Source: Mycobacterium sp. (GTDB taxonomy: Bacteria > Actinomycetota > Actinomycetes > Mycobacteriales > Mycobacteriaceae). Taken from it: a stretch of DNA of 53,792 nucleotides. Numbering within the stretch: position 1 is the stretch's first letter; every line of letters begins with the position of its first letter. The stretch is from the NCBI GenBank assembly GCA_035492865.1, contig DATJIX010000156.1:1-53792 (forward strand). The letters run 5' to 3'. Both the position numbers and the translations under genes were made by a program. The notes under the pieces are model-generated. The model was given only the letters and a program-made list of their open reading frames with translations. It searched no databases and had not been told where the DNA came from. Of the stretch, positions 10,574 to 20,733 are shown piece by piece.

Positions 10574-12088
10574 TCAGTTGCTGTGCCGACGAACAATCGG
10601 GAACAAAACTGTCTCTCGAATCGACAGACCCGTCAATGCCATCAACAACCGATCGATACCCATTCCGGTACCAGTTGTGGGCGGCATCGCATACTCCAAT
10701 GCGGCCAAAAAATCCTCATCCAGAGCCATTGCCTCGTCGTCGCCCGCGGCAGCAGCACGAGCCTGGGCTTCGAACCTTTCGCGTTGGATAACTGGGTCGA
10801 TCAGCTCGGAGTAGCCGGTCGCCGTTTCAACTCGCCGGATGTAGAGGTCCCACTTCTCGGTAACCCCCTCGATGCTGCGGTGAGAGCGGGTAAGGGGCGT
10901 CGTCTCGACCGGAAAATCACGTACGAACGTCGGCGCCCAAAGCTTGTCTCCGACAGCGTGTTCCCACAATTCCTCGACCAATTTTCCGTGCCCGTAACCG
11001 CGGTCACGCGGAATCGCCACTTCGAGCCGATCAGCGATCTCCCATAACCGTTCAGCCGACGTCTGCGGGGTGATCTCTTCACCGAGCGCCTGAGACAGGG
11101 ACGGATACATTTGTATCGTGTCCCATTCTCCGTCGATGTCATAGATGGTGCCATCGGGCAATGGCAGCTTTCGGGTGCCGATCGCTTCGTCGGCGACCTC
11201 CTGAATAACTTCCCGCGTCATCACGGCGGAATCGTCGTAGGTGCCGTAGGCCTGATAAGTCTCGAGCATCGCAAATTCCGGTGAATGTGTGGAATCCGCA
11301 CCTTCGTTTCGGAACACCCGATTCAACTCGAAGACCCTGTCGAATCCGCCCACCAAGCAACGTTTTAGGAACAGTTCCGGTGCGATGCGAAGGTAGAGGT
11401 CGGCATCGAGCGCATTGGAGTGCGTGACGAACGGGCGAGCGGCCGCACCGCCCGCCAGAGTCTGCAGTATTGGCGTCTCGACTTCCAGAAAGCCGCGCCG
11501 CTCCAGCGCCGACCGGACGGCGCGCACCACAGCGACCCGTTGGCGAGCAATGGTGCGGGCCTCTGGACGAACGATCAAGTCGACATAGCGCTGCCGCACG
11601 CGGGACTCTTCGCTCATCTCTTTATGAGCGACGGGAAGGGGCCGCAGCGCCTTGGAAACAATTTGCCAGGAATCCGCAAGCACAGATAGTTCACCGCGGC
11701 GCGAACTGATCACCTCGCCATGCGCATAAACGATGTCGCCGAGATCGACGTCGGACTTCCAGGCATCGAGCGAGTCCTGTCCGACGCGGTCGAGGCTGAT
11801 CATCAACTGCAGCTGAGTTCCGTCGCCCTCCTGCAGCGTCGCGAAACACAGCTTCCCGGAATTACGGGCGAACATGACCCGGCCCGCGACGCCGACAACC
11901 TGGCCCGTCTCGGTGTTGGCCTCGAGGTTTGGATAGGCCTGGCGGAGTTCGGCCAGCGTATGGGTGCGGGCGACCTCGACCGGATAGGGCTCACGGCCCT
12001 CGGCCAGCAGCCGGTCCCGCTTGGCCTGCCGGATCCGGAACTGCTCGGGGGCGTCGGACTCGGAGTCGGGCTGATCAGAAGAGGTCAC
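10574..12088 (-). CDS. lysS: Lysine--tRNA ligase
   Basis: OB-fold anticodon domain, [24 protein letters not shown] class II motifs. Confidence 0.98.
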   Translation of the reverse strand: MTSSDQPDSESDAPEQFRIRQAKRDRLLAEGREPYPVEVARTHTLAELRQAYPNLEANTETGQVVGVAGRVMFARNSGKLCFATLQEGDGTQLQLMISLDRVGQDSLDAWKSDVDLGDIVYAHGEVISSRRGELSVLADSWQIVSKALRPLPVAHKEMSEESRVRQRYVDLIVRPEARTIARQRVAVVRAVRSALERRGFLEVETPILQTLAGGAAARPFVTHSNALDADLYLRIAPELFLKRCLVGGFDRVFELNRVFRNEGADSTHSPEFAMLETYQAYGTYDDSAVMTREVIQEVADEAIGTRKLPLPDGTIYDIDGEWDTIQMYPSLSQALGEEITPQTSAERLWEIADRLEVAIPRDRGYGHGKLVEELWEHAVGDKLWAPTFVRDFPVETTPLTRSHRSIEGVTEKWDLYIRRVETATGYSELIDPVIQRERFEAQARAAAAGDDEAMALDEDFLAALEYAMPPTTGTGMGIDRLLMALTGLSIRETVLFPIVRRHSN

Positions 12089-12111
12089 GACCTGCGAGCT
12101 TAAATCAACGC

Positions 12112-13335
12112 ATGACCGCTCCCATCAACGCCGCTGCGGTGGCCGCCGCTTCCGACGAGGTGATCGACTGGCGCTTCAAGGGCGTGCCGTCGACTTGGTG
12201 GGGACGCACCCCCGCACAGATCTGCGAAGAAGCCCCCGATCTCTTCGAGGACGGCGCCGTCGGGCCGGTGTGCATCCTGCGCCGCGAGGCACTGCGCCAC
12301 AACATCACGACGATGGCCGACTGGTGCCGCGACCGCGGCGTCGAGTTGGCGCCACACGGCAAGACGCACATGGCACCGCAGCTGATGGAACGCCAACTGA
12401 GAGCCGGGGCGACTGCGATCACGGCGGCGACGCTGAGTCAGGTGCGTACCTATCGAGCCTTCGGTGTCCGCGACGTGGTGCTGGCCAACGAGCTGGTGGA
12501 CACCGCGGGATTGCGCTGGCTGTCAACCGAACTGGACGCCCATCCCGATTTCTCGGCCATGTGCTGGGTGGATTCGGTGCCCGGTGTCGAGCTGATGACC
12601 ACGGCCTTGACCGCGGCGGGGGCGGAGAGACCGGTCGATGTCTGCGTGGAGGTCGGCATGGCGGGCGGACGCACTGGCTGCCGCGGGGAAGCCGCGGTCG
12701 ACGAGGTGGCGCGCGCGGCCGCCGCATCGCCGCGGCTGCGGCTGGTCGGGGTCGCCGGCTACGAGGCGGCGCTCGGCCACGACACCGCGCCCGGCGCTCT
12801 GGCAGGCGTCACCGCCTACCTCGAGGAGATGCGCGCGGCGGCGGTGCGACTCGACGCGCTGTTCGAGACGGATCGAGTGATCGTGACGGCAGGCGGAAGC
12901 ACGTATTTCGATGCGGTCGCCGATGTGCTGACCGGCGACTGGCGCACGGTGCTGCGCAGCGGCTGCTACCTGACGCACGACGCGGGGCTGTACGGGCGGA
13001 CGTCACCCCTGCGTGGGCAGTTCCGACCGGCGTTGACTGTGTGGGCCCAGGTGGTGTCGCGGCCGGAGGGGGACCTGGCGATCGTCAACATGGGTCGGCG
13101 CGACGTGTCCTTCGACCAGGACCTGCCGATGCCGCTGAAACTGCCCGACACCGTCGTCACCAAGCTCAACGACCAGCATGGCTATCTGCGGCTGGGCGGC
13201 GGCGACAGTGTCGAGGTCGGCGGCTGGCTGGAGTTCGGGATTTCGCATCCGTGCACGGTGTTCGACAAGTGGCAGCTCATCCCCGAACTCGACGCCGACA
13301 ACCGCGTGGTCGGTCTTATCCGCACCTATTTCTAA
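12112..13335 (+). CDS. PLP-dependent D-amino acid deaminase / D-serine dehydratase-like (fold type III)
   Basis: LAPHGKTHM (PLP Lys), GRTGCR, GYEA, AGGST, LNDQHG and GISHPCT; ATG 12112. Confidence 0.85.
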   Translation: MTAPINAAAVAAASDEVIDWRFKGVPSTWWGRTPAQICEEAPDLFEDGAVGPVCILRREALRHNITTMADWCRDRGVELAPHGKTHMAPQLMERQLRAGATAITAATLSQVRTYRAFGVRDVVLANELVDTAGLRWLSTELDAHPDFSAMCWVDSVPGVELMTTALTAAGAERPVDVCVEVGMAGGRTGCRGEAAVDEVARAAAASPRLRLVGVAGYEAALGHDTAPGALAGVTAYLEEMRAAAVRLDALFETDRVIVTAGGSTYFDAVADVLTGDWRTVLRSGCYLTHDAGLYGRTSPLRGQFRPALTVWAQVVSRPEGDLAIVNMGRRDVSFDQDLPMPLKLPDTVVTKLNDQHGYLRLGGGDSVEVGGWLEFGISHPCTVFDKWQLIPELDADNRVVGLIRTYF

Positions 13336-14147
13336 CGGGCTTGCTTGAGCCTGCCGCGCGAGCTGTCCCTGTTGCGCTCGAACACCAGCCGCAGCCCGTC
13401 GAGGGTGAGGTGCTGGTCGTACCTGTCGACGGTGTGCAGGTCGGGCAGCACCAGCGGAGCGGTGTGGCCGGTGGCCACCACCGCGACGTCGTCTCCGGCG
13501 AAGCCGTCGACGTCCTCACGAATGCGGCTGACCAACCCGTCAACCAGGCCTGCGAATCCGAACACTGCGCCGGCCTGCATGCACTCGACGGTGTTCTTGC
13601 CGACGACCGAGCGGGGCCGGGTCAGCTCGACGCGGCGCAGCGCAGCCGACCTCGCGGCAGCGGCGTCGGAGGACACCTGCACGCCGGGAGCGATTGCCCC
13701 ACCGAGGAATTCGCCCTTCGCGGAGACAACGTCCACACAGATCGACGAGCCGAAGTCGACGACGATCGCGGCGGTGTTGTACTTGTGAAACGCCGCTAGA
13801 CAGTTCACGATGCGGTCTGCGCCAACCTCTTTCGGGTTGTCGACCAGCAGTGGAATGCCGGTACGCACCCCCGGCTCGATCAGCACGTGTGGCACCGACG
13901 GCCAGTACTGCTCGAGCATCAGCCGAACCTCGTGCAGCACCGAAGGCACCGTCGAGAGCCCTGCCGCGCCGGTGAGTTGTTCCGAGTCGTCGCCGATCAG
14001 ACCGTCGATGGTGAGTGCCAGCTCATCGGAGGTCACCTCGGATTCTGTGCGAATACGCCAGTGCTGCACCACCTTCGCGTGGTCACCGGATCCGGAGATC
14101 AGGCCGACGACGGTGTGGGTGTTACGGACGTCGATAGCGAGGAGCAC
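13332..14147 (-). CDS. coaX: Type III pantothenate kinase CoaX
   Basis: [34 protein letters not shown]; last gene of the pan operon. Confidence 0.95.
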   Translation of the reverse strand: MLLAIDVRNTHTVVGLISGSGDHAKVVQHWRIRTESEVTSDELALTIDGLIGDDSEQLTGAAGLSTVPSVLHEVRLMLEQYWPSVPHVLIEPGVRTGIPLLVDNPKEVGADRIVNCLAAFHKYNTAAIVVDFGSSICVDVVSAKGEFLGGAIAPGVQVSSDAAAARSAALRRVELTRPRSVVGKNTVECMQAGAVFGFAGLVDGLVSRIREDVDGFAGDDVAVVATGHTAPLVLPDLHTVDRYDQHLTLDGLRLVFERNRDSSRGRLKQAR

Positions 14148-14151
14148 GGGC

Positions 14152-14559
14152 TTACCGCGGCGACATCAGCTCGGCCGCATCGGCCGGCACGTAGGCGGGA
14201 TCATGACCCAGGTCGATCTGCTTGTTCTCCGCGTCGACGAACACCACGCGAGGTTGATACACGCGAGCCTCGGCGTCCTCCATCGTGCCGTAGGCGATCA
14301 GGATGACCAGGTCACCGGGATGCACGAGATGCGCCGCGGCGCCGTTGATGCCGATGACACCGCTGCCGCGCTCGCCGGTGATCGCGTAGGTGACCAGCCG
14401 TGCGCCGTTGTCGATGTCGACGATCGTGACCTGCTCGCCCTCGAGCAGGTCGGCCGCATCCATCAAATCGGCGTCGATGGTGACCGACCCGACGTAGTGC
14501 AGGTCGGCCTGGGTGACCGTGGCGCGGTGGATCTTCGACTTGAGCATTGTTCGTAACAT
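14152..14559 (-). CDS. panD: Aspartate 1-decarboxylase
   Basis: [16 protein letters not shown]...YVG|SVTID self-cleavage site, INGAAAH. Confidence 0.98.
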   Translation of the reverse strand: MLRTMLKSKIHRATVTQADLHYVGSVTIDADLMDAADLLEGEQVTIVDIDNGARLVTYAITGERGSGVIGINGAAAHLVHPGDLVILIAYGTMEDAEARVYQPRVVFVDAENKQIDLGHDPAYVPADAAELMSPR

Positions 14560-15494
14560 CAATTCCTCCAAGGTAATTCATGACTCGCGTCCGACCCGAC
14601 CCGTGGATGTCCGTCGGTGCCGGCGGCGGCGCCGATGTCGATTGCGATGTTGTCCAGCAGTCTGGTGCCACCAAGCCGAGCGGCCAGAAGCATGCGGGCG
14701 ATGCCCTCGTCGGGCGCGGGGCCAAGCATCGGGTCGCGCACCTCGAGATAGTCGACGTCGATCGCGGGCACCTCGTCCAGCACGGCCCGTGCGGCGTCCA
14801 GCGCTGCGGCGGTGCCACCGGATGCGGCGTACATGCCTGCCAGTAGCGCGGCCGACAGCGCGCCCGCCTGTTCGCGCTCGACCTCGTTGAGGTAGCGGTT
14901 GCGCGACGACATCGCCAGCCCGTCGGCCTCCCGCACGATGGGCACCCCGACGATCTGGGTGTCGACGTTGAGGTCGGCGACCATCTGCCGGATCACCACC
15001 AGTTGCTGGTAGTCCTTTTCGCCGAAGAACGCCCGGTCCGGATGCACGATCTGCAGCAGTTTGAGCACGACGGTCAGCACACCCGCGAAATGTGTTGGGC
15101 GGGCGGCACCTTCGAGTTCGGCGCCCAGCGGCCCCGGATGCACGGAGGTGCGCATACCGTCGGGGTACATATCAGCGGCGGTCGGTGTGAACGCGATCTC
15201 GACGCCCTCCGCGCGCAACGCCGCGAGATCGTCGTCGAGGGTGCGCGGGTAGGCGTCGAGGTCCTCGCCCGCTCCGAACTGCAACGGGTTGACGAAGATT
15301 GACACCACTACGACGGCTCCCTGGACCCGCTTGGCGGTCCGGACCAGTGTCAGGTGGCCCTCGTGCAGTGCGCCCATCGTCGGCACCAACATCACCCTGC
15401 GGCCGGTCGCTCGCAACGCCCTTGTCACCTCGGAGACGTCACGCGGGCTCGGATAGACGTTGAGATCACCGGCGGTGAAGTGTGGCTTGGTCAT
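14559..15494 (-). CDS. panC: Pantoate--beta-alanine ligase
   Basis: [38 protein letters not shown]. Confidence 0.98.
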   Translation of the reverse strand: MTKPHFTAGDLNVYPSPRDVSEVTRALRATGRRVMLVPTMGALHEGHLTLVRTAKRVQGAVVVVSIFVNPLQFGAGEDLDAYPRTLDDDLAALRAEGVEIAFTPTAADMYPDGMRTSVHPGPLGAELEGAARPTHFAGVLTVVLKLLQIVHPDRAFFGEKDYQQLVVIRQMVADLNVDTQIVGVPIVREADGLAMSSRNRYLNEVEREQAGALSAALLAGMYAASGGTAAALDAARAVLDEVPAIDVDYLEVRDPMLGPAPDEGIARMLLAARLGGTRLLDNIAIDIGAAAGTDGHPRVGSDASHELPWRN

Positions 15495-16414
15495 GACTGA
15501 CCCGCATCAGCAAGTACGGCGAACACATCGTCCGGTGCGTGTGCCCGCTGGGCGGTGCGCAACGAGTTGGCCCGATATGCCTGCGCCAGTTGCGGATCGA
15601 CTTCGGCAAGCGCCCGCAGATGACCGGCGACCGCCTCCGCGTCGCCGCGGGCCACTGGCCCGGTCAGCGCCGCCTGCCCACGCTGCAACGAGTTCTCCAG
15701 CGATGCCCGCGCAAGCGGACCGATCACGCGCTCCGCGATACCGCCGGGCGCGTCACCGACCAATTCCTGCCCCAACAACTCCTGACCCCACAGTGCCGAC
15801 CGCAACGCTTCCACCGCGTCGAGCAACAGGGTGACGACGTGATTACTGGCATGGGCCAGCGCCGCGTGGTACAGCGTGCGGGCGTCCTCGCGGACCCGGA
15901 ACGGCTCGCCGCCGATCTCGAGCACCAGTGACTGGGCGATCGCATACCCGACCTCATCGGCTGCGGTGATGCCGAAGCACGTTTCGGACAGCCGGGGGAT
16001 GTCCTCGTCCGCACCCGTGAACGTCATCGCGGGATGAATGGCCAGCGGGATGCAGCCGTGCTCGGTCAGCGGCGCCAGCACGCCGATGCCGTTGGCCCCC
16101 GACGTGTGGACGACGATGGTGCCCGGCCGCACCGCCGACGTCGCCGCCAGCCCTGACACCAGCCCGGAGAGCTCAGCGTCGGGGACGGCCAGCAGCAACA
16201 GTTCGGCACGGCCGGCGACCTCGTCAGGGGGCAGCACTACGGAGTCGGGCAGCCTGCGCTCGGCGCGCTGCCGCGACGCACGCGAGATCGCACTGCACGC
16301 GACCACCACGTGTTCGGCGCGCTCCAGCGCCACGCCGAGCGCGGTACCTACCCGACCAGCGGAAATGATGCCGATCGTGAGGCGCGCCGGACGCAGTCCG
16401 TCCACCTGCTCCAT
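15491..16414 (-). CDS. Rossmann-like/DUF2520 protein (Rv3603c-like, probable PanG-type ketopantoate reductase)
   Basis: [37 protein letters not shown]; first gene of the pan operon. Confidence 0.85.
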   Translation of the reverse strand: MEQVDGLRPARLTIGIISAGRVGTALGVALERAEHVVVACSAISRASRQRAERRLPDSVVLPPDEVAGRAELLLLAVPDAELSGLVSGLAATSAVRPGTIVVHTSGANGIGVLAPLTEHGCIPLAIHPAMTFTGADEDIPRLSETCFGITAADEVGYAIAQSLVLEIGGEPFRVREDARTLYHAALAHASNHVVTLLLDAVEALRSALWGQELLGQELVGDAPGGIAERVIGPLARASLENSLQRGQAALTGPVARGDAEAVAGHLRALAEVDPQLAQAYRANSLRTAQRAHAPDDVFAVLADAGQS

Positions 16415-16419
16415 CGCAG

Positions 16420-16492
16420 ACGACCTCGCAAGTTGTCGTGGTTTCTCGTTCCGGTCCTGCGTTGCGGGTACCGGACGGTCGGCATCAGCCTA
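16420..16492 (-). ncRNA. Structured 5' leader of the pan operon (pan-motif-like hairpin plus SD-sequestering hairpin)
   Basis: TAGGCT -10 (16487-16492), then hairpin CGT-CCGGT-A-CCcGC aac GCaGG-ACCGG-A-ACG (16447-16477) with two bulged A, then an ACGAC/GTCGT hairpin (16420-16439) covering GAGG. Confidence 0.55.
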
Positions 16493-16494
16493 GC

Positions 16495-17841
16495 TCACTC
16501 GTCGCGGCGCCTGCGACGACCGCCGCCGGTCGGGGTGGCCTGCAGCCTTGCCAACAGGTCGGCTACCGACTGGCCTCCGGTGTCCTCGGCGCTGCGGTGC
16601 CGCCGCCCCTCCTGCTGCGCAGGCGGCTCTTCCGGCGCCGCTTCGGGCTCGGGCTCTGGATGCGGCGGCGGACCCGCGGATTCGGTGTGCAGCGCCGGTG
16701 GGCGCCCTGGGTCGACGGCGTCCGGCGGTGCCGAATGGCGGCCGCGGGGTTCGACGGGCGGTGCTTGCATCGCAGGCTCGGGCGCGCGTCGCCTGCCGAC
16801 GTATTCGCCTGCGGAGCCGTTCTCGATCGTCGGACTCGGCGCCGCTGGAGCCACCCAATTGCTGCCCGGCGCGCCCGCCGGTATCCACTCGCCCTCGGCA
16901 GGCGCCGGCTGCCAGTCCGAAGCCTGCGCGGGAGCTTCCTGTTCCGGTTCCGGTTCCGGTACCGGTTCCGGTTCGGGTTGCGGCGGCGGTGCCGGCTCTG
17001 GCGGTGGCGGCGCGGCCGGCCGCTCCTGTCGCGGTGGCTCCCAAGTGAATTGTGTCGTGGTCTCCGCGGCGGTCGGCGGCGGTGCCGACGGCGGCGGCGG
17101 CATGGGTGGCGGTGGCGGTGGTGTCCAGGCGCGCGGCTGCTCCTCAACGCGATGACGTTGCCGTCGCTCCTGTTCTGTCTCCGACGGCCTGCGGTGCGCG
17201 CCACCGGACGCCGGCGTCGCCCAATCGGCTTCGGGCGGATGGGGTTCGGCGGGAACGTCGATGATCGGGCTTTCCTCTGTGTTTGCGTCGAGGTCCTCGC
17301 GGTCGTCGGCGTCGATTCGACTGGCGGTGACCCGGCCAGCGCTTTCGGTAGTGCGTGGCCAGTCGGCGTAGCTCCGGCTGCGATCGGTTTCGATTGCGGG
17401 CCGGTGCGACAGATCGGCGTCGAACAGAATCTCCAAATTGGCTCGCAGCGCGGCTAATTCGGCGCGCAGGCCCGCGACCTCATCCGCGGCCTGGGCCCTG
17501 ATCTCAGATGTCAGCTCGCGGCGCAGCTGCGTCTCAACCGTCAGCTCGTACTCTCTGCGCGCCGAGATCTCCCGATCCAGCTGTAGGTCGTAGACCAGCT
17601 TGAGGTCCCGCACCTTCGCCTGATCGATATCGCTTTGCCTGCGGTAGATGACCGATACGAACGCCGCAACCACCGCGGCCCACAACGCGAGGATGACTGC
17701 GAGCTTCAGCAACTCCACCGTATTGGTGAACACCAGTGCAGAACTCGCCCCGATGGCGAGCACCAGCAACACCGTCAGGAGCAACCAACCCGGCCTGCGG
17801 ACAGCGCGCCTTGAACGCGTACCGCGGGACAGATCGGCCAT
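16495..17841 (-). CDS. Rv3604c-like membrane protein with coiled coil and Pro/Glu-rich tail
   Basis: Two N-terminal TM helices, LKLVYDLQLDREISARREYEL coiled coil, C-terminal GQSVADLLARL...RRRRDE; syntenic. Confidence 0.88.
   Translation of the reverse strand: MADLSRGTRSRRAVRRPGWLLLTVLLVLAIGASSALVFTNTVELLKLAVILALWAAVVAAFVSVIYRRQSDIDQAKVRDLKLVYDLQLDREISARREYELTVETQLRRELTSEIRAQAADEVAGLRAELAALRANLEILFDADLSHRPAIETDRSRSYADWPRTTESAGRVTASRIDADDREDLDANTEESPIIDVPAEPHPPEADWATPASGGAHRRPSETEQERRQRHRVEEQPRAWTPPPPPPMPPPPSAPPPTAAETTTQFTWEPPRQERPAAPPPPEPAPPPQPEPEPVPEPEPEQEAPAQASDWQPAPAEGEWIPAGAPGSNWVAPAAPSPTIENGSAGEYVGRRRAPEPAMQAPPVEPRGRHSAPPDAVDPGRPPALHTESAGPPPHPEPEPEAAPEEPPAQQEGRRHRSAEDTGGQSVADLLARLQATPTGGGRRRRRDE
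16941..16977. repeat. Coding hexamer tandem repeat (GGTTCC)n encoding Pro-Glu repeats
   Basis: gttccggttccggttccggtaccggttccggttcggg translates on the minus strand to PEPEPVPEPEPE. Confidence 0.7.
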
Positions 17842-17917
17842 GGGCCGACTGTACCCGCCACAGGTCGGCTCGCGTGTCGACCAGTTCGGCGATTCGGCCG
17901 AGGACGCCGCCGGTCAG

Positions 17918-18394
17918 CTACTCGGTGGCGCCATCGGCGTTGTCCGGGGGCTCCTGTGGTGACTTGCAGCAATGCTGAAGCCAGAGCGCAGCAACGACCA
18001 GCGCCAGGGCGCTCACCGCAGCGACGACCGCTCCCGCGGTGTCCTCCCCCGCCACCCTCAGCGTGCTGCGGCGCGGCAAAAGGTAGATGAGGACCGCGAT
18101 CCACCAACCGAGCACCAGCGCGCCCACCCACGCCGACGCCTTCGCGATCAGCACCGACCGCGCCACCGCGAGCGGATGCAGCCAACCCCGCGCGTCACCG
18201 ATCTCGCCGTCGTTGATCTTGGCCCGCACATAGAACGCCCAGCCGGCCTCGACCGCTGCAACGGCAAGCAGCGACAGCCCCGTCCACACATCGATCGGCG
18301 GGAAGTACCGGTACACCAAAACCACGAACATGTAGCCGACGACGGCGGCCAGCACCACCGCGGCCGTCAGGTCACGCTTGCGGGTAGGTCCCAT
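17918..18394 (-). CDS. DUF3180 membrane protein (Rv3605c-like)
   Basis: MGPTRKRDL..., LHPLAVAR...AKASAWVG, LWLQHCCKSP; four TM segments; follows folK. Confidence 0.88.
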   Translation of the reverse strand: MGPTRKRDLTAAVVLAAVVGYMFVVLVYRYFPPIDVWTGLSLLAVAAVEAGWAFYVRAKINDGEIGDARGWLHPLAVARSVLIAKASAWVGALVLGWWIAVLIYLLPRRSTLRVAGEDTAGAVVAAVSALALVVAALWLQHCCKSPQEPPDNADGATE

Positions 18395-18906
18395 CAGGCC
18401 AACGCCACCTCGGTGAGGCGCACGCCGGCACGCTCCGCGGGCTCGAGTTCCTCGAGCAGCGCGGCGACCAGTCGCGATTCGCCCTCGACGGTCAGCGTGG
18501 CATCCGGGTCGACGGCCAACCACGGGATCAGTACGAAAGCGCGCAGGTGCGCGAACGGATGGGGCAGCGTGAGCTCGGGGGCACGCGAAGTCACCTCACG
18601 CTCTCCTTCGTGGCACGTGACCAGATCGACGTCGAGCGTGCGCGGTCCCCAATGCTGCTCGCGGACCCGGTCGGCCGCCGCCTCCAGCTCGTGCGCGCGA
18701 CGCAGCCAATCGCGACAGTCGAGCATCGGGTCGTCGGCGATCAGCACGGCGTTGAGGAACGGGCCCTGCTCGACGCCGCCCCAGGCCTCCGTCTCGTAGA
18801 CCGGCGATACCGCACGCACCGCGCCGTCGAGTCCGTCGACCACCGACTGCAGCCGTGCCTGCCGATCGCCCAGATTCGATCCGATGGACAACACCACTGT
18901 GCTCAT
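18394..18906 (-). CDS. folK: 2-amino-4-hydroxy-6-hydroxymethyldihydropteridine diphosphokinase
   Basis: [35 protein letters not shown]. Confidence 0.97.
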   Translation of the reverse strand: MSTVVLSIGSNLGDRQARLQSVVDGLDGAVRAVSPVYETEAWGGVEQGPFLNAVLIADDPMLDCRDWLRRAHELEAAADRVREQHWGPRTLDVDLVTCHEGEREVTSRAPELTLPHPFAHLRAFVLIPWLAVDPDATLTVEGESRLVAALLEELEPAERAGVRLTEVALA

Positions 18907-19286
18907 GGCGCCTCACCACGCGCGCCGCGCCTGGAACGTCGCGCCATGACAGCCACATCCGCGAACGTCAACGGAATGGGCGCCGACGGTTTATGCACGA
19001 CAACCTCGACGGCATGCACGCGTTCGTCGGCCATTACCTCGTCGGCGATCTCGGCTGCGACGGTTTCGATGAGCTTGCGCGGCGGCCCGGCGACGATGTC
19101 GGCGGCGCGCTTGGCGAGTGTGCCGTAGTCGAGTGTGTCTGTGAGGTCGTCGCTTGCGGCCGCGGCCGCCAGGTCGATCCACACCGTGATGTCGACGATG
19201 AAGTCCTGTCCGTCGCGCCGCTCATGCTCGAACACACCGTGATGGCCGCGAACAGACAAGCCGCGCAATTCGATTCGGTCAGTCAT
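18903..19286 (-). CDS. folB: Dihydroneopterin aldolase
   Basis: [40 protein letters not shown]. Confidence 0.97.
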   Translation of the reverse strand: MTDRIELRGLSVRGHHGVFEHERRDGQDFIVDITVWIDLAAAAASDDLTDTLDYGTLAKRAADIVAGPPRKLIETVAAEIADEVMADERVHAVEVVVHKPSAPIPLTFADVAVMARRSRRGARGEAP

Positions 19287-19288
19287 GC

Positions 19289-20107
19289 TCAGCCATTCCA
19301 GGCCTCCAGCACCTTCAGCGCGTCGACCGACGCCCGCACATCGTGCACTCGCACGCCCCACGCGCCGTGCAGTGCCGCGAGCGCCGAGACCACGGCGGTG
19401 GCGGTCTCCCTGCCGTCAGGCGAGCGCGGCAAGCCGTCAGGGCCGGCCAGCAATGTGCCGAGGAAACGCTTGCGCGACGCCCCGACAAGCACCGGGATCC
19501 CGCCGGCGACGAATTCGGGCAGCGCGCGCAGCAACGCCCAATTGTGTTGTGCTGTCTTGGCGAAACCCAGACCGGGATCGATGATCAGCCGTGCGGGATC
19601 GACACCCGCTTGCACGGCCGCGTCTACAGCCGCGTGCAGTTCGTCGCGGACTTCTACGACGACGTCGCCGTACGTCGGCACCTCGTGCGGTCGGTCCGCG
19701 CCGACGGAGCGCCAATGCATGAGCACCCACGGCACTTTCGCGTCGGCCAGCAGCGGGGCCATGTTGGGATCTGCGCGCCCACCTGACACGTCGTTGACGA
19801 TCTGCGCGCCGTTTTCCAGCGCCGCCTGGGCCACCTCGGCATGCATGGTGTCGATACTGACCGTGATGCCTTGTCCAGCAAGCTCTTTGATCACAGGCAG
19901 CACGCGTGCCGACTCGATCCGCGGCTCGATACGGGTGGCACCTGGCCGGGTCGACTCGCCGCCCACATCGATGATCCCCGCGCCCTCGGCGACCAGTCTC
20001 AGCCCGTGTTCGACGGCGCGGTCGCGGTCGAGGAACAATCCTCCGTCGGAGAAGGAATCGTCGGTGACGTTCACGACCCCCATGACCTGCATGTGTGTCG
20101 GAATCAC
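19289..20107 (-). CDS. folP: Dihydropteroate synthase
   Basis: [43 protein letters not shown]; GTG 20107 overlaps the folE stop. Confidence 0.97.
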   Translation of the reverse strand: MIPTHMQVMGVVNVTDDSFSDGGLFLDRDRAVEHGLRLVAEGAGIIDVGGESTRPGATRIEPRIESARVLPVIKELAGQGITVSIDTMHAEVAQAALENGAQIVNDVSGGRADPNMAPLLADAKVPWVLMHWRSVGADRPHEVPTYGDVVVEVRDELHAAVDAAVQAGVDPARLIIDPGLGFAKTAQHNWALLRALPEFVAGGIPVLVGASRKRFLGTLLAGPDGLPRSPDGRETATAVVSALAALHGAWGVRVHDVRASVDALKVLEAWNG

Positions 20108-20715
20108 TTTCGCAGGATGAGATCCAGCGCCTCGGCCCGTGATGAGGCATCCGCCTTGAACTGGCCGCGAACCGCCGACGTGGTGGTGGTTGCTCCTGGC
20201 TTGCGCACGCCGCGCATCGCCATGCACAGATGTTCGGCCTCGACGACGACGATGACACCGCGCGGGTCGAGCTTGCGCATCAGCGCATCGGCGATCTGCG
20301 CGGTCAACCGCTCCTGCACCTGTGGCCGTTTGGCGTAGAGGTCGACCAGTCGCGCGATCTTCGACAGCCCGGTGACGCGGCCGTCCCTGCCGGGAATGTA
20401 GCCGACATGCGCAACGCCGTGGAACGACACCAGGTGGTGTTCGCACGTCGAGTACATCGGGATCTGCTTGACCAACACCAGCTCGTCGTGTTGTTCGTCA
20501 AAGGTGGTGTTCAGCACCGTATCCGGGTCGGTATAGAGACCGGCGAACATCTCTCTGTATGCCCGCGCCACCCGGGCCGGGGTGTCTTCCAGGCCGTGCC
20601 GATCGGGGTCCTCACCGACGGCGATCAAAAGTTCGCGGACCGCCGCCTCGGCCCGCGCCTGGTCGAAGACGCGGTGGTTGAACGTGGCCGAGTTGTTGTT
20701 GTGCGACCGCGTCAT
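20104..20715 (-). CDS. folE: GTP cyclohydrolase I
   Basis: [35 protein letters not shown]. Confidence 0.98.
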   Translation of the reverse strand: MTRSHNNNSATFNHRVFDQARAEAAVRELLIAVGEDPDRHGLEDTPARVARAYREMFAGLYTDPDTVLNTTFDEQHDELVLVKQIPMYSTCEHHLVSFHGVAHVGYIPGRDGRVTGLSKIARLVDLYAKRPQVQERLTAQIADALMRKLDPRGVIVVVEAEHLCMAMRGVRKPGATTTTSAVRGQFKADASSRAEALDLILRK

Positions 20716-20733
20716 CGGAGCCTCCGTTATGTG

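Noticed and set aside
16495-17260. Pro/Glu-rich repeats as a VNTR, CRISPR or mobile repeat
   Set aside because: In-frame low-complexity linker of the Rv3604c-like protein, with no spacer structure.
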